Part shown: positions 63,250 to 64,000 of the stretch, in pieces
Numbering within the stretch: position 1 is the stretch's first letter
Layout: every line of letters starts with the position of its first letter
Source: Octopus vulgaris
Taxonomy: Eukaryota
Assembly (NCBI GenBank): GCA_951406725.2
Contig: OX597829.1
Location: 6,138,001-6,202,000 of the forward strand
Reading direction: 5' to 3'
Length of the DNA: 64,000 nt
Program-made: the position numbers and the translations under genes
Notes under the pieces: generated by a model
Told to the model about the DNA's origin: nothing
The model's input: only the letters and a program-made list of their open reading frames with translations
Database searches by the model: none

Positions 63250-63790
63250 GTAGTAATAACACTTGAAAATAATCAAGAAATATGTGGGAATATTTTACAC
63301 ACTTCTGAACATGTACCGATTACCACCACAGTAATGAATGGCATATTGCTTCCTGCAACCTCTTCATCCCTTATGGCTAGGTTCTTTTTCTTTTTGATTT
63401 GTTGGTAACCATTCTATTACCAAATTATATTGCATCAGATCAGCAGTCTCCTTGGCTTCTTTCTACTTTCATTTTGTCCTTCTTGCAATGGAATCTCCTT
63501 CTCCAGGAAGCTACACGCTTTATCAGCTGACAATTTCTAGGGTAACGATAAGCAAGTAATAGGTCGGTAATTATTAGCTTCCCTTCTCTTTTCTTTGTTC
63601 TTCATTATCGGTTCTGTCGTTTCCTTTGTCATCCATGTTGATATACCATTTCCATATGGCCAAAAGAAGCTGTTATATAAAGTCAAGAGATTTTTGAACC
63701 AGAATCACTGAACATCATCTGGTTCGGACGCTGTCCAAGTCGGCATTTTCTTAAACATCTGTTAAATCTGTAAAATTAATTTTCTTCTCC
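63250..63790 (-). mobile_element. R4/Dong-like LINE RT fragment
   Basis: KMPTWTASEPDDVQ*FWFKNL resembles K..NWK.PGPD.+QGFW.K; YRPIT-like downstream. Confidence 0.55.
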
Positions 63791-64000
63791 TGCTCGATTT
63801 CGCTTCACCGAAATCAATTTGGCCTTTCATCCCCGTCAAATATTGCGGTTGATGGTGTTGATTAACCCTGTTCACGTAAAATTATTGGCTTTGTGCCTAA
63901 AACAGAAATGATTATTACTATTATAATAGTAATACATTCAATTATCTAGGCTAATTATTTAGACACATGGCCAACATTTATAATACATTAAAAGTCATTT

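Overview
AT-rich, eukaryotic, apparently gene-free (intergenic or intronic) DNA made almost entirely of microsatellites and transposon debris. The tRNA-derived SINE families resemble those of octopus/cephalopods (inference, not verified). Recognisable elements: a pogo/Tigger transposase end, a decayed Helitron Rep/helicase plus non-autonomous Helitron/HINE elements, three copies of a Tx1/L1-clade LINE each flanked on both sides by (TCTA)n, several R4/Dong-type RLE LINE fragments, a nest of RTE LINEs (52.6-63.2 kb), Penelope-like fragments, a hAT MITE and many SINEs. No host exon, rRNA, true tRNA or CRISPR can be supported, and most listed ORFs are microsatellite artefacts. Best leads: (1) a set of minimal hammerhead-ribozyme motifs in short elements sitting in (TA)n arrays, including a non-coding 534-bp unit present as 1.2 tandem copies with an intact core (retrozyme-like); (2) a ~730-bp palindrome centred on a ~42-nt LINE 3' stub, consistent with snap-back cDNA synthesis during insertion; (3) apparent (TCTA)n target specificity of the Tx1-like LINE; (4) two further long inverted duplications.
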